This document shows positions 14,227-26,612 of a stretch of DNA of 64,000 bases, piece by piece. Source of the DNA: Eledone cirrhosa (Eukaryota); contig OZ024740.1 of the NCBI GenBank assembly GCA_964016885.1, positions 338,458,001 to 338,522,000 on the forward strand, given 5' to 3'. A program made the position numbers and the translations under genes. The stretch's first letter is position 1. Every line of letters starts with the position of its first letter. The notes beneath the pieces were generated by a model that saw nothing but the letters and a program-made list of their open reading frames with translations, was not told the DNA's origin and ran no database searches.

Positions 14227-16521
14227 ATGGAATTCTTAAACTTCCCGACATCCCTCAAGGATATACCTATATCATCCAGTAAGGAATACACGAGGAAAAT
14301 TATTGAACAAACAAACTCTTTTATAAGAAGAGTGAGATGGCGAGCATTACATTTCGATAATAAAGAAGCTAAAAGAAAAACCAACAGCAATTATTTTGAA
14401 ACTTTATTTAAATCCAGAAAGAATCCTCCATACAACAAACTACTGGAGGATTTTGAAACTGAAATGCTCAGTATACTTAAGAAAATTAAATTCAGGAAAA
14501 ACCCATATATAGGTCACCAATACCTTAGAACTTTAAAAGAAAAAATATCGGAAATAAAAAAAGTTAATAAAATATTGGTAAAATCGGACAAAACAAATAA
14601 TTTATATGGGATAAATAAAGAAGAATATAATAATTTGATTTTAAAAGAACTAAGGAAAAATTATAAAAAAGACCCGGCTAGATCTTACAGACATCAATAA
14701 TGATGCATATAAATTAATTGCAAAATTAGGAATTGAAGGAAGAACCGAGCCTCTTATACCTAGACAGCCGCGGATCAATTTTAAAGATCACAAAATAAAC
14801 TTTGAGAAAGACCTGCCAGTTAGACTGATTGCTCCATCCAAATCGGATATTGGAGTAATCAGTAACAATATTATTGATAGAATTCTACCTATTTTGAAAT
14901 TGAGGTCTAAATTGAGCTTGTGGAAGGATACAAATGAAGAAATTGAATGGTATAACAATATAGATAAGAAAAACCATAAATTCATCCAGATGGACATAAC
15001 AAGCTATTACTCTTCCATTACGTCTAACCTACTAAATAAGGTTTTATCATACGCTTACAAACATACAGATCTAACTACGGATGAAATTGATATCATATTA
15101 ACTGCTAGAAGAACTCTAATTAACTTCAACAATGAGTATTGGACCCGCTCAGATAGAAATAGAAACTTCGACATTACCACGGGATCATCTGATTCAGCGC
15201 AAGTCACGGATCTTCTGGGGATTTTCATCTTAAATATGATAAATAGAAAACTGCCGGAGACTACCAGTGGTTTATATAGGGACGATATTTTATTTACAGT
15301 TGTTAAACACAACAATATTGTACTAAATAGGGTAAAGAAAAATATAATTGAATTCTTTAAAAATTACGACCTTAAACTAGAGGTAGAAAGTGGTACCAAA
15401 ATAGTTAATTTCCTTGATGTTACCCTTAACTTAAACTCTGGTTTTTATTACTCTTTCCATAAGCCCAATGAAAACTTAAATTACGTTAGTTATTACTCGA
15501 ATCACCCTAAATCTGTGAAAAACGCAATTGTAAATAGTGTACAAAAACGCATAACTAGAATATCTGCCAACAAATCAATATTTGATGAAAAAGCAGGATA
15601 TTACAATGATGCGCTAAGAAATTAAGGTTATAAAAATAATATAGAATATATAGACAATAATAATCCTGATGAAAATAATGGCATATATAAACGAAATTCT
15701 AAAAATTCTAATAATTGTAATTCAAACACCTGTACTGTGAATAAATCGGGGAAAAGAACCAGAACTAAATCAGTTATATGACCCCCCCCCCACTGCTTCT
15801 GTAGCAGTAAGAACACCAATAGCTAATCTATTTTTTAAAGCTTTAGATAGTTCCTTCCCTAGTCAACATAAATACCACTCCATATTTAATAGACATACAA
15901 TTAAACTGTCTTATTCTCAACTATGAATATGGCCCAAAACATCGCTAAACTAAATAGTATAATTCTAAACCAAAATCAACATAATTCTATTAATAATAGT
16001 GTTAATATAAATAATAATAAATCGAAATGTAATTGTAGAAATAAACCAGATTGCCCTCTGCAAAATAATTGTCTTGATAGAAATCTGGTGTATAAATGCA
16101 CCGTAAAAACAAATAACGACACATACAACTACATAGGAGCAACTTCTTCGACATTTAAATTGAGATTTGCGAATCACAAAAGCTCATTTTTGAATTTTAA
16201 TAGGAAGTCTTCGACTTCTTTATATGGTCATTAAAAGACAAAAATTTAATGGTCATTTATATGGTCATTTATATGGTCATTTATATGGTCATTAAAAGGC
16301 AAAAATTTAAAATACTCGATCTTTTGGACGAAGCTTTGTAATAGTAAAATATATACGAACTCATCTATATCAACTAGCTGCAACCTCTGAACAAAGGAGA
16401 CCCTATTAATAATTACTAATTATGAAACCTAATTAAGAAAAAAAGTGAATTATTCTCAAACTGCCTTCATAAAGCTTTGTCTACATTCCAAGCCTTGCAA
16501 AAAGTCAGGAAAATACACTAA
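14227..16521 (+). pseudogene. PLE RT-GIY-YIG ORF with stops and frameshifts
   Basis: Fragments: RRVRWRA, KSDKT, KDHK, FIQMDI, GLYRDD, VNFLD, CNC..CPL..CL..LVY..YIG, CNL*TKE, CLH. Confidence 0.92.
16221..16310. repeat. 12 bp slippage repeat (atggtcatttat) and short duplication inside the GIY-YIG domain
   Basis: Directly visible; disrupts the frame. Confidence 0.85.
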
Positions 16522-18451
16522 ACAATCAGGCCTTAATTTTTGACACCTCTTATCAACTGTTCGGCCTAAAAAGTCATAACGGTTTATAAAACTTTAATAA
16601 TGCTTTATCTTCTAATCATTTATGATAGAATTAATGTTAGAATGAAGGATACTCTTTTGATAACTTGTTTACTTGATAAAGATGCATACCTTCTGATTTT
16701 TTTTAGATATTTATAATTTTGATTCAGATATTTATTTATCTGTCACTGTTTTAAATATATAATTTGGATATTTATCTTGTAAATTTACTGATTATAATTG
16801 AACTGTGGATCATTCATGCATTTGCATTTTTTACATATTTTACTCATTTTGAGTATGTTTTGGGGGACTCAGAAAGTTAAATTTGCATTTATTTATTTTT
16901 TTATATATATCTAGGTATAAATATGACAAACCATAATAGTCGACAAATATTGGTCTCTCTCTCCACTGAACTGGAGGTAAAACTACAATTATAGCATTAC
17001 TAATAATGATTATAATTTATTTTTTATTAAATGTATACCGTTTCATTAATACCTATAATACTATCTCTATATAGTTGTACAAATATCTTTATCTAGTGTA
17101 ATAACATACTCGTAGTTACATTTATAAATAATTTAGATACTCAAATGACTCTATATTGTTATAAGTGTTTGATATTCCCTGGAAGTTCGAATTTATATAA
17201 TGATTTTTACTTAATATAATATAATTTAATTCAACTTATTTTATTTTAATTAAATTTAGATTACCTTCGGCTTTTTCAAATATGTAGTTCCTCTTTCTAT
17301 CACATTCGCTAAAATATTTTAGTTGTATCTTTTGTCTACTATATTAAAACCCTATTACATTTATAATATATTTTTAATATTGGGTATCTTTAAATTTCAC
17401 AAACAATTCATTATCGTTTATTTGTATATTTATTTTGTATCTAGCCCCTATCATTAGGACTCATATAGTTTTGACTTATATGTTTATAGTTTATATCAAC
17501 TAAATGAAAATAATTGATATAAAACATTAATTTTTTAGCAATATTTTTTAACAATATTTTTTAACTATATATAATTTTTGAACAATATTTTCAGTAACTT
17601 ATTTACTATATTATATTATATATATATTTGAAAGCTATCACCTCAATTATAAACAAATAATAAACTATAATCCTTGTATATTTTTTGATCAACACATATA
17701 TATAATTAAAAATTCAGACTTCTTTAAGTTTAGTTATAAGGCCGGTTGATCCTTTAGCCACTCAAACTATTTAACAATAAATTCTTTAATAATTATAACT
17801 ATAATTATTTTATAAATTATATTATATAAACTGTTGTCAATATTATAAATAATTTTGGTAAAGATTACCTTTGTGAGGTTCTAAAAGCATTTTATATTTT
17901 CTTTCCCGTGTTTCGTAAATCCTTTAAATTTGTTTTCATAAAATTTAGAAATTAAACATAATTATAATATTAATACAAATACCTATTAACTTTTAAAATC
18001 TAATATATTAGTCATTACTCTGAAATAACTAAAATTAAATATTTTGAATATTAACGGTCAACTATATTAATTTGGATATATGTTGCATATATGGAAAACT
18101 GTATATAAACTTAAACATAAATTACTCCCCTTTGTCTCTCTCTCTCTTTAATCATCTTTCATTTGTTTTTTCGAGCCACCTACTAAATATATTATCACAT
18201 CAGCTGTCTCTTCCTCTATGCTTTCCTTTCCCTCCTCTTTCTTCAGTAGTTTTTAAAAACACTTTTTTAACTGTTATATTGATGCCATGTATTTTTTAAG
18301 CTGTATTACACGCACCCTCTCTATTGTTTGTATTATGTTATCTCATGTTCTCAATATTAGGGTATAAATATTGAGTTTTGTCATATGTTAATCACTACCA
18401 TGACTGAATCTTAACCATCTACTATGTCAGGGTATGTCATGCATCATCTTA

Positions 18452-18514
18452 TTTTATCTGATGAGGACGTACTGTTGAACTTAACTCAGTACCTCTGAAA
18501 TATGTATAATAAAA
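18452..18514 (+). ncRNA. Type I hammerhead ribozyme in 3' pLTR
   Basis: ttttat-CTGATGA-ggacgtactg..cagtacctct-GAAA-tatgta-TA-ataaaa. Confidence 0.82.
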
Positions 18515-18745
18515 TATAATTGATCACAAGAATATCTATTTTGTTAATATTATGAATTAATATTATATATACATATATATATATATACATATATTTATTA
18601 AAATAAATACAAATAAATAAAATAACTACAAATGCACTATATAGTCTTAAAAGACAATTATACATACATATATATATATACATACACATATATATATATA
18701 TATATACATATATACATATATATATATATACATATATATATATAC

Positions 18746-18805
<60 letters not shown>

Positions 18806-18881
18806 CATATATTATATTTCTATATACATTTATATATATACATATATTATATATATATATACATTTATATATAAATACATA

Positions 18882-18967
<86 letters not shown>

Positions 18968-18969
<2 letters not shown>

Positions 18970-19222
18970 ATAACTAGAGATTGATTAACATATAAATAAA
19001 CATGAATAATCACAGGAGATAATTTACACACTTGTAAAAATTATCTCCTGTAATTATTCATGTTTATTTATATGTTAATCAATCTCTAGTTATTATAAAA
19101 TGCCCGGACCTACTCGTTAGAATCTTAGAGCTTATTTTGCGCGTGATATGGCGCATGTCTTTCTGGCATGACACCCATAATTTTGATTTAGATTAAATTC
19201 ATTTGATTTATCTTAATTTTGG
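18968..19222 (+). mobile_element. Short element end with ~60 bp fold-back
   Basis: 18968-19029 is inverted to ~19034-19096; flanked by (TA)n; no HHR retained. Confidence 0.6.
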
Positions 19223-19274
19223 ATATATATATATATATACACACATATATATATATATATATATACATATATAT

Positions 19275-20912
19275 GAGAGTATTGAAGTTTGCTTGAAGCA
19301 TTGTGGAATAATAATGTAAATTTCTTTAAGTCGTTTGGAAGCCTCGACAATGCAAATGGGTAAATCTCCGGGTAACAAGATCCGGTGGTGGAGAGAGAGA
19401 TGTAAGTGGGTGTACGTTGAGATGCGTGGCGTGTATAAGACGTGTAGAGGAATGAAGGAAAGAGCATAAAGGATAAAATTAAAATAACAACACGAGAGAG
19501 AGTTACCTTGGGAGAGATTTAATTGTCCCTATATATTTCGGATTCACATCATCAACTGGGGTTTTTTCCGGGGTGGGGGAAAGGTTGTCTGTCGGAAAGG
19601 TGCGAAACGTGTCCTCCGCTGTTCGTTGTTTTGAATATCTGAGGTATTCAGCAGAGCGCGCATGCTTGTGAAAAGGGGTCGGTCGGGCAGAGGTCAGCGG
19701 CCGAAGTAGTTCTTTCAATTGTGGAAGTGGGGTGGCGCTAGCTGTCAGTCCATTCTCTGCCTGTTTGTTGAATGTTACTGTGTGTGTGTGTGTGTTGATG
19801 TCTCGCTTGAGTGTGTGTGTGTGCGTGTGTTGGTGCCTTGTTCCTCTGTATTGGCAGTGTAGTATGTTCGTATGGTGGAATGCTACTCTGTGTGTGTGCA
19901 TGTGTTGCTGTCTCGCTTGTGTGTGTGTGCGTGTGTTGCTGCATCGTTTGTTAACTTAAACCAACCACCTCATTTCGCTTCTCTCGGATCGATTGTTTAT
20001 TTGTGGCTCTAGGTGTTTGATCCAAAGTGCTTCCTTGATACGTAACGTGCCGACGTTTCTTTCAGTCGCTAGAATTGTGACAATGGGTCTTCCGTCTTTG
20101 TTTCCGCATTTGTCTATGTTTTTCCGGAAAGACGAGACCCTGGTTTTAGTGTGTTCCTTGATCCGGATGTGCAAAGTCGGATTGTGCTACCTATATAGTA
20201 TTGGTTGCACATGTTACATTCTATCTTATACAGGACGTATGTGCGTAGGCAACAGTTCGCATGGCGCTTCGGGCAGTCTCTGAGGGAGCACGCGTCACTT
20301 GATTTCCCGGGTTTCCTGGAGAGGCATCTTCGCAGGGAGGGGCCCGAGTGGGCCAGGTGGATGTCGAGGCCCTCCCTCCGTATAGCCTTGCGGATAGCGT
20401 TGGTGGTATTCTCGCCCAGATGTGGCATTTAGAGGAAGCACTTGCCTTGGGTGCCTCTCTGTCTCTTGTGTCTGGTGTCTCCTACTCTGACAGAGTAGGA
20501 GACACCAGACACAAGAGAAAGAACTACTTCGGCCGCTGACCTCTGTCCGACCGACCCCATTTCACGCGCACGCGCGCTCTGCTGAATACCTCAGATATTC
20601 AAAACAACGAACAGCGGAGGACGCGTTTCGCACCTTTCCGACAGAAAACCTTTCCCCCACCCCGGAAAAAACCCCAGTTGATGGATGTGAATCCGAAATA
20701 TATAGGGACAATTAAATCTCTCCCAAGGTAACTCTCTCTCGTGTTGTTATTTTAATTTTATCCTTTATGCTCTTTCCTTCATTCCTCTACACGTCTTATA
20801 CACGCCATGCATCTCAACGTACACCCACTTACATCTTTCTCTCCACCACCGGATCTTGTTACCCGGAGATTTACCCATTTGCATTGTCGAGGCTTCCAAA
20901 CGACTTTTAAAA
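19275..20912 (-). mobile_element. 5'-truncated PLE (GIY-YIG only) with ~390 bp inverted arm
   Basis: Minus ORFs 20114-20428 and 19956-20174: VLYKIECNMCNQYYIGST.R / LHIRIKEH..IKEALWIK...PQIN; 19323-19712 is inverted to 20519-20910. Confidence 0.88.
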
Positions 20913-20945
20913 AATACATATATATATATACATATATATATATAC

Positions 20946-20976
<31 letters not shown>

Positions 20977-20991
20977 CATATATATATATAC

Positions 20992-21036
<45 letters not shown>

Positions 21037-21385
21037 CATATATATATATACATATATATATATACATATATATATATACATATATATATATACATATATA
21101 TATATATACATATATATATGAAAATAAAATTGATGGGAGCAACAATAATTCAGGTATATAAGTGACTATACCATCAAGATGAAAAAATATTTAATGTAAG
21201 ATGAGGGAAAAAAAGTAATACAATCTTAATTCAAAACAAATCAAGAAGAAAAACTTTGTCATCAAACTTTGTGTAAGTTGGGGAAAAAGCAATACAATCT
21301 TAATTCAAAATAAAATCATGAAGTAATACTTAACCATCAATTTGGGGAAAACTACAAATGCACTATATAGTCTTAAAAGACCATT

Positions 21386-21446
<61 letters not shown>

Positions 21447-21449
<3 letters not shown>

Positions 21450-23490
21450 TTGCGAGGTTTTTGATATGAAATCGAGTGTCGAAACAAATATTGTTATACT
21501 TGGGGAGGGTCATATTTGTGTAATATTGCCAGAATTAATAACAGAACACACTCACTGTTTGGTTGGTTTTCGCTTTTCGCTTCTGTGTCTTTTATATCGG
21601 TAATCTAATTTATTCGGTCCTCAATGTTGCCATTGACTGACCAACGGTCAAAAATAATACAGATACAATATAGACACAAACACATATATATATAGTTTAT
21701 CAAAGTTCTTTCGTTGCACATCTGCAACATAGTCAGTGGTGCTATTGTTTCCTCCCGTTGCATTGTATTTTCTACGCCATCTTTATTTAGTCTGTTTATA
21801 TATTTATTTATTTGTTTGTTTTATTTTGCTTTCTTTGCGCATGCGTTTGCGTGTGTGTATAGTGTTTTGTTTGATGTGTGTTCGTGATTGGGTGACTGTG
21901 TATTGGTTAATGTATTCTATCTTTATTAGTGTGTGTTTATATGTGTTTGTTGTTATTGTACTTGTGTATGTATTTATTTATTTATTCATCTATTTATTTA
22001 TACTTCTCTTAGGCCAGTGTTGTTTGTTTGGGTGTTGTTGTTATTCCATTCATTCTTTCTGTTTAGCCTTGTCCTTCTAAGTTCTATTTCACTGGCCTCT
22101 CTGATTTGCCTATCTGCTGGGTCATTTCTATGTTTAGATATTATTCTAATTTCTATGTTGTCTATGTTACCGTCGTGTTGTTGTCTGGCATGTTCGTATA
22201 GTACTGAACCGTTTTTTCGTCCTTTTAGTTCCCCCCAGTGTTGGTCTATCATTTCCCCTATGCTACGAGCTGTCTCGCCTATCTATGTTGTTGTCATGTT
22301 TCTGCAAGTACCCTCTGTACATCTTATGCTATAGACTACGTTTCTAGTTTTACAGTTTATCCGGGGGTTTACCTTACATATGATACATTTCCTATTAGTA
22401 CAGTGGGTTTTCTTAAAAGGGTAGGTTTTGCTGATCAGGGATTTTATGGTGGTTCCTGGCTTTTCTACCACCTTAATCTTTAAGTGGGTCTTTCTCAGGG
22501 CCTTTCTACACTGGTTAGCTAATTTCCCTCCAGGGGTAGCGTCCACAAACATGACACTCTGGTATCTCTGGTTGTCGTACCATGAGGTGGCTTTCCCTAT
22601 CTTATGTCTAGCCCTATCTAAGCTATTCCATGATTTGCTCCTGTATAATGGGCAAATTCCTTTCATGTCCAGTTCTATGAGGGTCTTATACTTCTCCATG
22701 GCTCCTTCGTATACTCTGACTCTGTCTCTTTGGTTGTAGCCAGAGAACTGCATGCGGTTGATGAAGTGTTGGATGTGTCTTTCCATTTCTGTTGGGTCGC
22801 ACATGCGGGACATATCCTTCATCACTCGTACCAAATCTGCGATCAGAATAATAAACTTAGCACTACTGGATATTGCTGAGTTTTTGGGTATCAGGTATTT
22901 GGAGGCCACGGGTTTAGCATAGTGTGAGTGGAGAATTTGGGCTCTCTCGTCTATAGTGTTAATCCAGAGTTCCATGTCTAATACCGGTAGTCTATTGTTA
23001 GGGTGTTTGGAAGGGTAGTCGATAGTTACAGTTATACTCCGGTGTATGGAATTAGCTATCTGCTGGATGCTTTCCATTGTGCAAACTTGTTAGTGCTCTC
23101 TAGTGGGGATGTTCTTATAACTATATTGATATCGTCTACGTAACGAGAGTACATGATGAGGTGTATGGGGCTCTCATTAAGGAGATCTTTAAGACTCCTT
23201 TCCCACTATACCATAAAAAGGTTGGCAACATCACCAGCTATCCTGGCGCCAATGGCTGCTCCCTCATTTTGGGTGTAGATCTTCTCGTTGAACTTGAATA
23301 TGTGTCCCTTTAGGGTAGTTTTGATACTAGCCCCTATTGCATGTGCGACCATTTTTCTTACCTGATCATTGTTTTGGGGGTTCCGTATAGCTTCGGTCCA
23401 CCCAATCCACCTTCCAATGGGAGTCTTTTTAGCCATTGAGGTTATGGGGGGGGGGGGAGGTCTACCTCTTATGGGTCTACTGGGGCAGAA
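21447..23490 (-). mobile_element. Inverted 5'-truncated copy of the PLE at 23491-26432
   Basis: Reverse complement of ~24860-26430 plus the complete GIY-YIG C-terminus (ORF 21998-22252); degenerate HHR at ~21705-21740. Confidence 0.92.
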
Positions 23491-26431
23491 AGTATTAATA
23501 CTAACGATAGACAGAACAACCACAATAATAATAATAGAAACATTAACTACAGACACAGCAGCAGCCACCACAGTAGTAATAACGGCAACAATACGAATAA
23601 CAACAACAACAACCACAGTAGTAATAATAAAAATAATATATGTAGCAACATTAATGATAGACACAACAAAAACAAGTAACATAATAAAAGTAACAACCAC
23701 AATAGTAGAAACAACACCAATAACGGTGAAGTAAACAACAATCACAGCAACAATACATTAGCAATCATAACAACAATACATCTAACAATCACAGTAACAA
23801 TACAGCTAGCAATCATAACAACAATACATCTAACAATCACTGCAACAATACATATAGCAATCATAACAATAATAATAATGCTAATGATAGAAACAACAAC
23901 CATAGTAACAATAATAGCAACACACACAACTATTACGATAGATATAATGACAACCCCTTAGAGAAAATGTTTTTTAACCCAGCTGACAAAACATATAAGA
24001 TGGGTAATATCTATCCTACGAGGTTACCCTTTAATAAAAGAGTTTGCATACCACAACAAATAGATGACGAGACAGAGGCCCAGTTCACCATAGCTAGAAA
24101 TAAGATTAGACAAATAGTAGACCGGTATACTAAGAGACAGAGCAGACCAGAGGCCCAACAACTTGGGAGGAAACCTGTAGAAGGCTTGGTTAGCCTCAAG
24201 CAGCGTACAAGGGATGGTGAGGTAGTATGTCTACCCACAGATAAGTCTGGTAGGATGTCAATAGATAGCATGCCGAACTACATCAAGGCTATGCAACCCC
24301 ACATCACCAACACGAGCGAAATTGCACAGCAAACATATGATGGGAGAGAGAAAATCCTCAACGCTCACATGATGATGTGCACCGACATCCTAAAGCCAAG
24401 CAGACGCACTGCCAACAACTTCCAGGCGTCTAACAATGGCATACCACTCTTGTATGGGCTCCGCAAAGACCACAAGGCAGTCGACGACCCGACAACAGGA
24501 CCACCAACAAGACCCGTATGTGAAGCAAATATAGCTAGCAACTACAAGATCTCCTACTTCCTCTCAATGGTTATATGCCCCATAATCAAGATGTCCCCAG
24601 ATGTATGTGACAGTACAGAGGACCTCCTCAGCAGAATCGGTGAGTGCAACAAAAACAAGAACCTATCCAACTGCATAATAGGCAGCATGGATGTGGTATC
24701 ACTGTACCCATCCATTAACATTGATTTTGCTGTGGAAAAATGTGTGGAGATGATCATTGAGAGTGAGGTAGAGTTCTGCGACGTCGACACAGACGAACTG
24801 GGCCTCCTACTTAGACTTACCTATGACACTGACTACCGAGACAGCCATGACCTTAGACGTTTCTGCCCCAGTAGACCCATAAGAGGTAGACTCCCCCCCA
24901 TAACCTCAATGGCTAAAAAGACTCCCATGGGAAGGTGGATTGGGTGGACCAAATCTATACGGAACCCCCAAAACAATGATCAGGTAAGAACAATGGTCGC
25001 ACATGCAATAGGGGCTAGTATCAAAACTACCCTAAAGGGCCACATATTCAAGCTCAACGAGAAGATCTACACCCAAAATGAGGGAGCAGCCATTGGCGTC
25101 AGCATAGCTGGTGATGTTGCCAACCTTTTTATCGTATGGTGGGAAAGGAGACTTAAAGATCTCCTTAATGAGAGCTCCATATACCTCATCATGTACTCTC
25201 GTTACGTAGACGATATCAATATAGTTATAATAACATCCCCACTAGAGAGCACTAACAAGTTTGATTTAGAACGTAGCACAATGGAAAGCATCCAGCAGAT
25301 AGCTAATTCCATACACCAGATTATAACTGTAACTATCGACTACCCTTCCAAACACCCTAACAATAGACTACCTGTATTAGACACGGAACTCTGGATTAAT
25401 ACTATAGACGAGAGAGCCCACATTCTCCACTCACACTATGCTAAACCCATGGCCTCCAAATACCTGATACCCCAAAACTCAGCAATGTCCAGTAGTGCTA
25501 AGTTTAATATTCTGATCGCAGATTTGGTACGAGTGATGAAGAATGTGTCCCGCATGTGCGACCCAACAGAAATGGAAAGACACATCCAACACTTCATCAA
25601 CCGCATGCAGTTCTCTGGCTACAACCAAAGAGACAGAGTCAGAGTATACGAAGGAGCCATGGAGAAGTATAAGACCCTCATATAACTGGACATGAAAGGA
25701 ATTTGCCCATTATACAGGAGCAAATCATGGAATAGCTTAGATAGGGCTAGACATAAGATAGGGAAAGCCACCTCATGGTACGACAACCAGAGATACCAGA
25801 GTGTCATGTTTGTGGACGCTAACCCTGGAGGGAAATTAGCTAACCAGTGTAGAAAGGCCCTGAGAAAGACCCATTTAGAGATTAAGGTGCTAGATAAGCC
25901 AGAAACCACCATAAAATCCCTGATCAGCAAAACCTACCCTTTTAAGAAAACCCACTGTACTAATAGGAAATGTATCATATGTAAGGTGAACCCCCGGATA
26001 AACTGTAAAACTAGAAACGTAGTCTATAGCATTAGATCTACAGAGGGTACTTGCAGAAACATGACAACAACATAGATAGGCGAAACAGCTCGTAGCATAG
26101 GTGAAAGGATAAATAAATATATAAACAGACTAAATAAAGATGGCGTTGAAAATACAATGCAACGGGAGGAAACAATAGCACCACTGACATTGTTGCAGAT
26201 GTGCACCGAAAGAACTTTGATAAACTATATATATGTTATATGTGTTGTGTCTATATTGTATCTGTATTATTTTTGACCGTTGGTCAGTCAATGGCAACAT
26301 TGAGGACCGAATAAATTAGATTACCGATATAAAAGACACAGAAGCGAAAAGCGAAAACCAACCAAACAGTGAGTGTGTTCTGTTATTAATTCTGGCAATA
26401 TTACACAAATATGACCCACCCCAAGTATAAC

Positions 26432-26432
<1 letters not shown>
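23491..26432 (+). mobile_element. PLE with Asn-rich N-terminal region, RT and internally deleted GIY-YIG
   Basis: Low-complexity 23491-23960; deletion at ~26101 jumps to the 3' UTR; degenerate HHR CTGACAT-tgttgca gatg tgcacc-GAAA at 26184-26211. Confidence 0.92.
23967..26100 (+). pseudogene. PLE reverse transcriptase and start of endonuclease
   Basis: 572 aa ORF: PTDKSG, LYGLRKDHK, RPVC, GSMDVVSLYPSI, QNEGAAIG, RYVDD, LPVLD; stops at 25683 and 26073. Confidence 0.93.
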
Positions 26433-26481
<49 letters not shown>

Positions 26482-26565
26482 TAAACACACATATATATAT
26501 ATATATACATATCTATATTAATGAAAAAGAACAAAGGAACTATTATGACATTATAACAAGTTTAT

Positions 26566-26612
26566 TGCCGACAGCCGTTTCGTCCGACCATATGGTGGGA
26601 CTTTTCAAGGCA
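26566..26612 (-). ncRNA. Hammerhead ribozyme, U3-A8 variant
   Basis: tgcc-TTGAAAA-gtcc..ggac-GAAA-cggctg-TC-ggca. Confidence 0.8.

Larger units (their letters stand above)
13826..18565 (+). mobile_element. Near full-length Naiad-like PLE with 5' and 3' pLTRs and inverted 5' arm
   Basis: 13911-14068 repeats at ~18402-18565; 13826-13911 is an inverted copy of 14073-14163; ~2 kb AT-rich 3' UTR. Confidence 0.9.

Noticed and set aside
23206-23927. Hydrophobic V/I-rich minus-strand ORFs (also 58572-58991 on +)
   Set aside because: Antisense readings of ACA/AAT-rich low-complexity PLE coding sequence.
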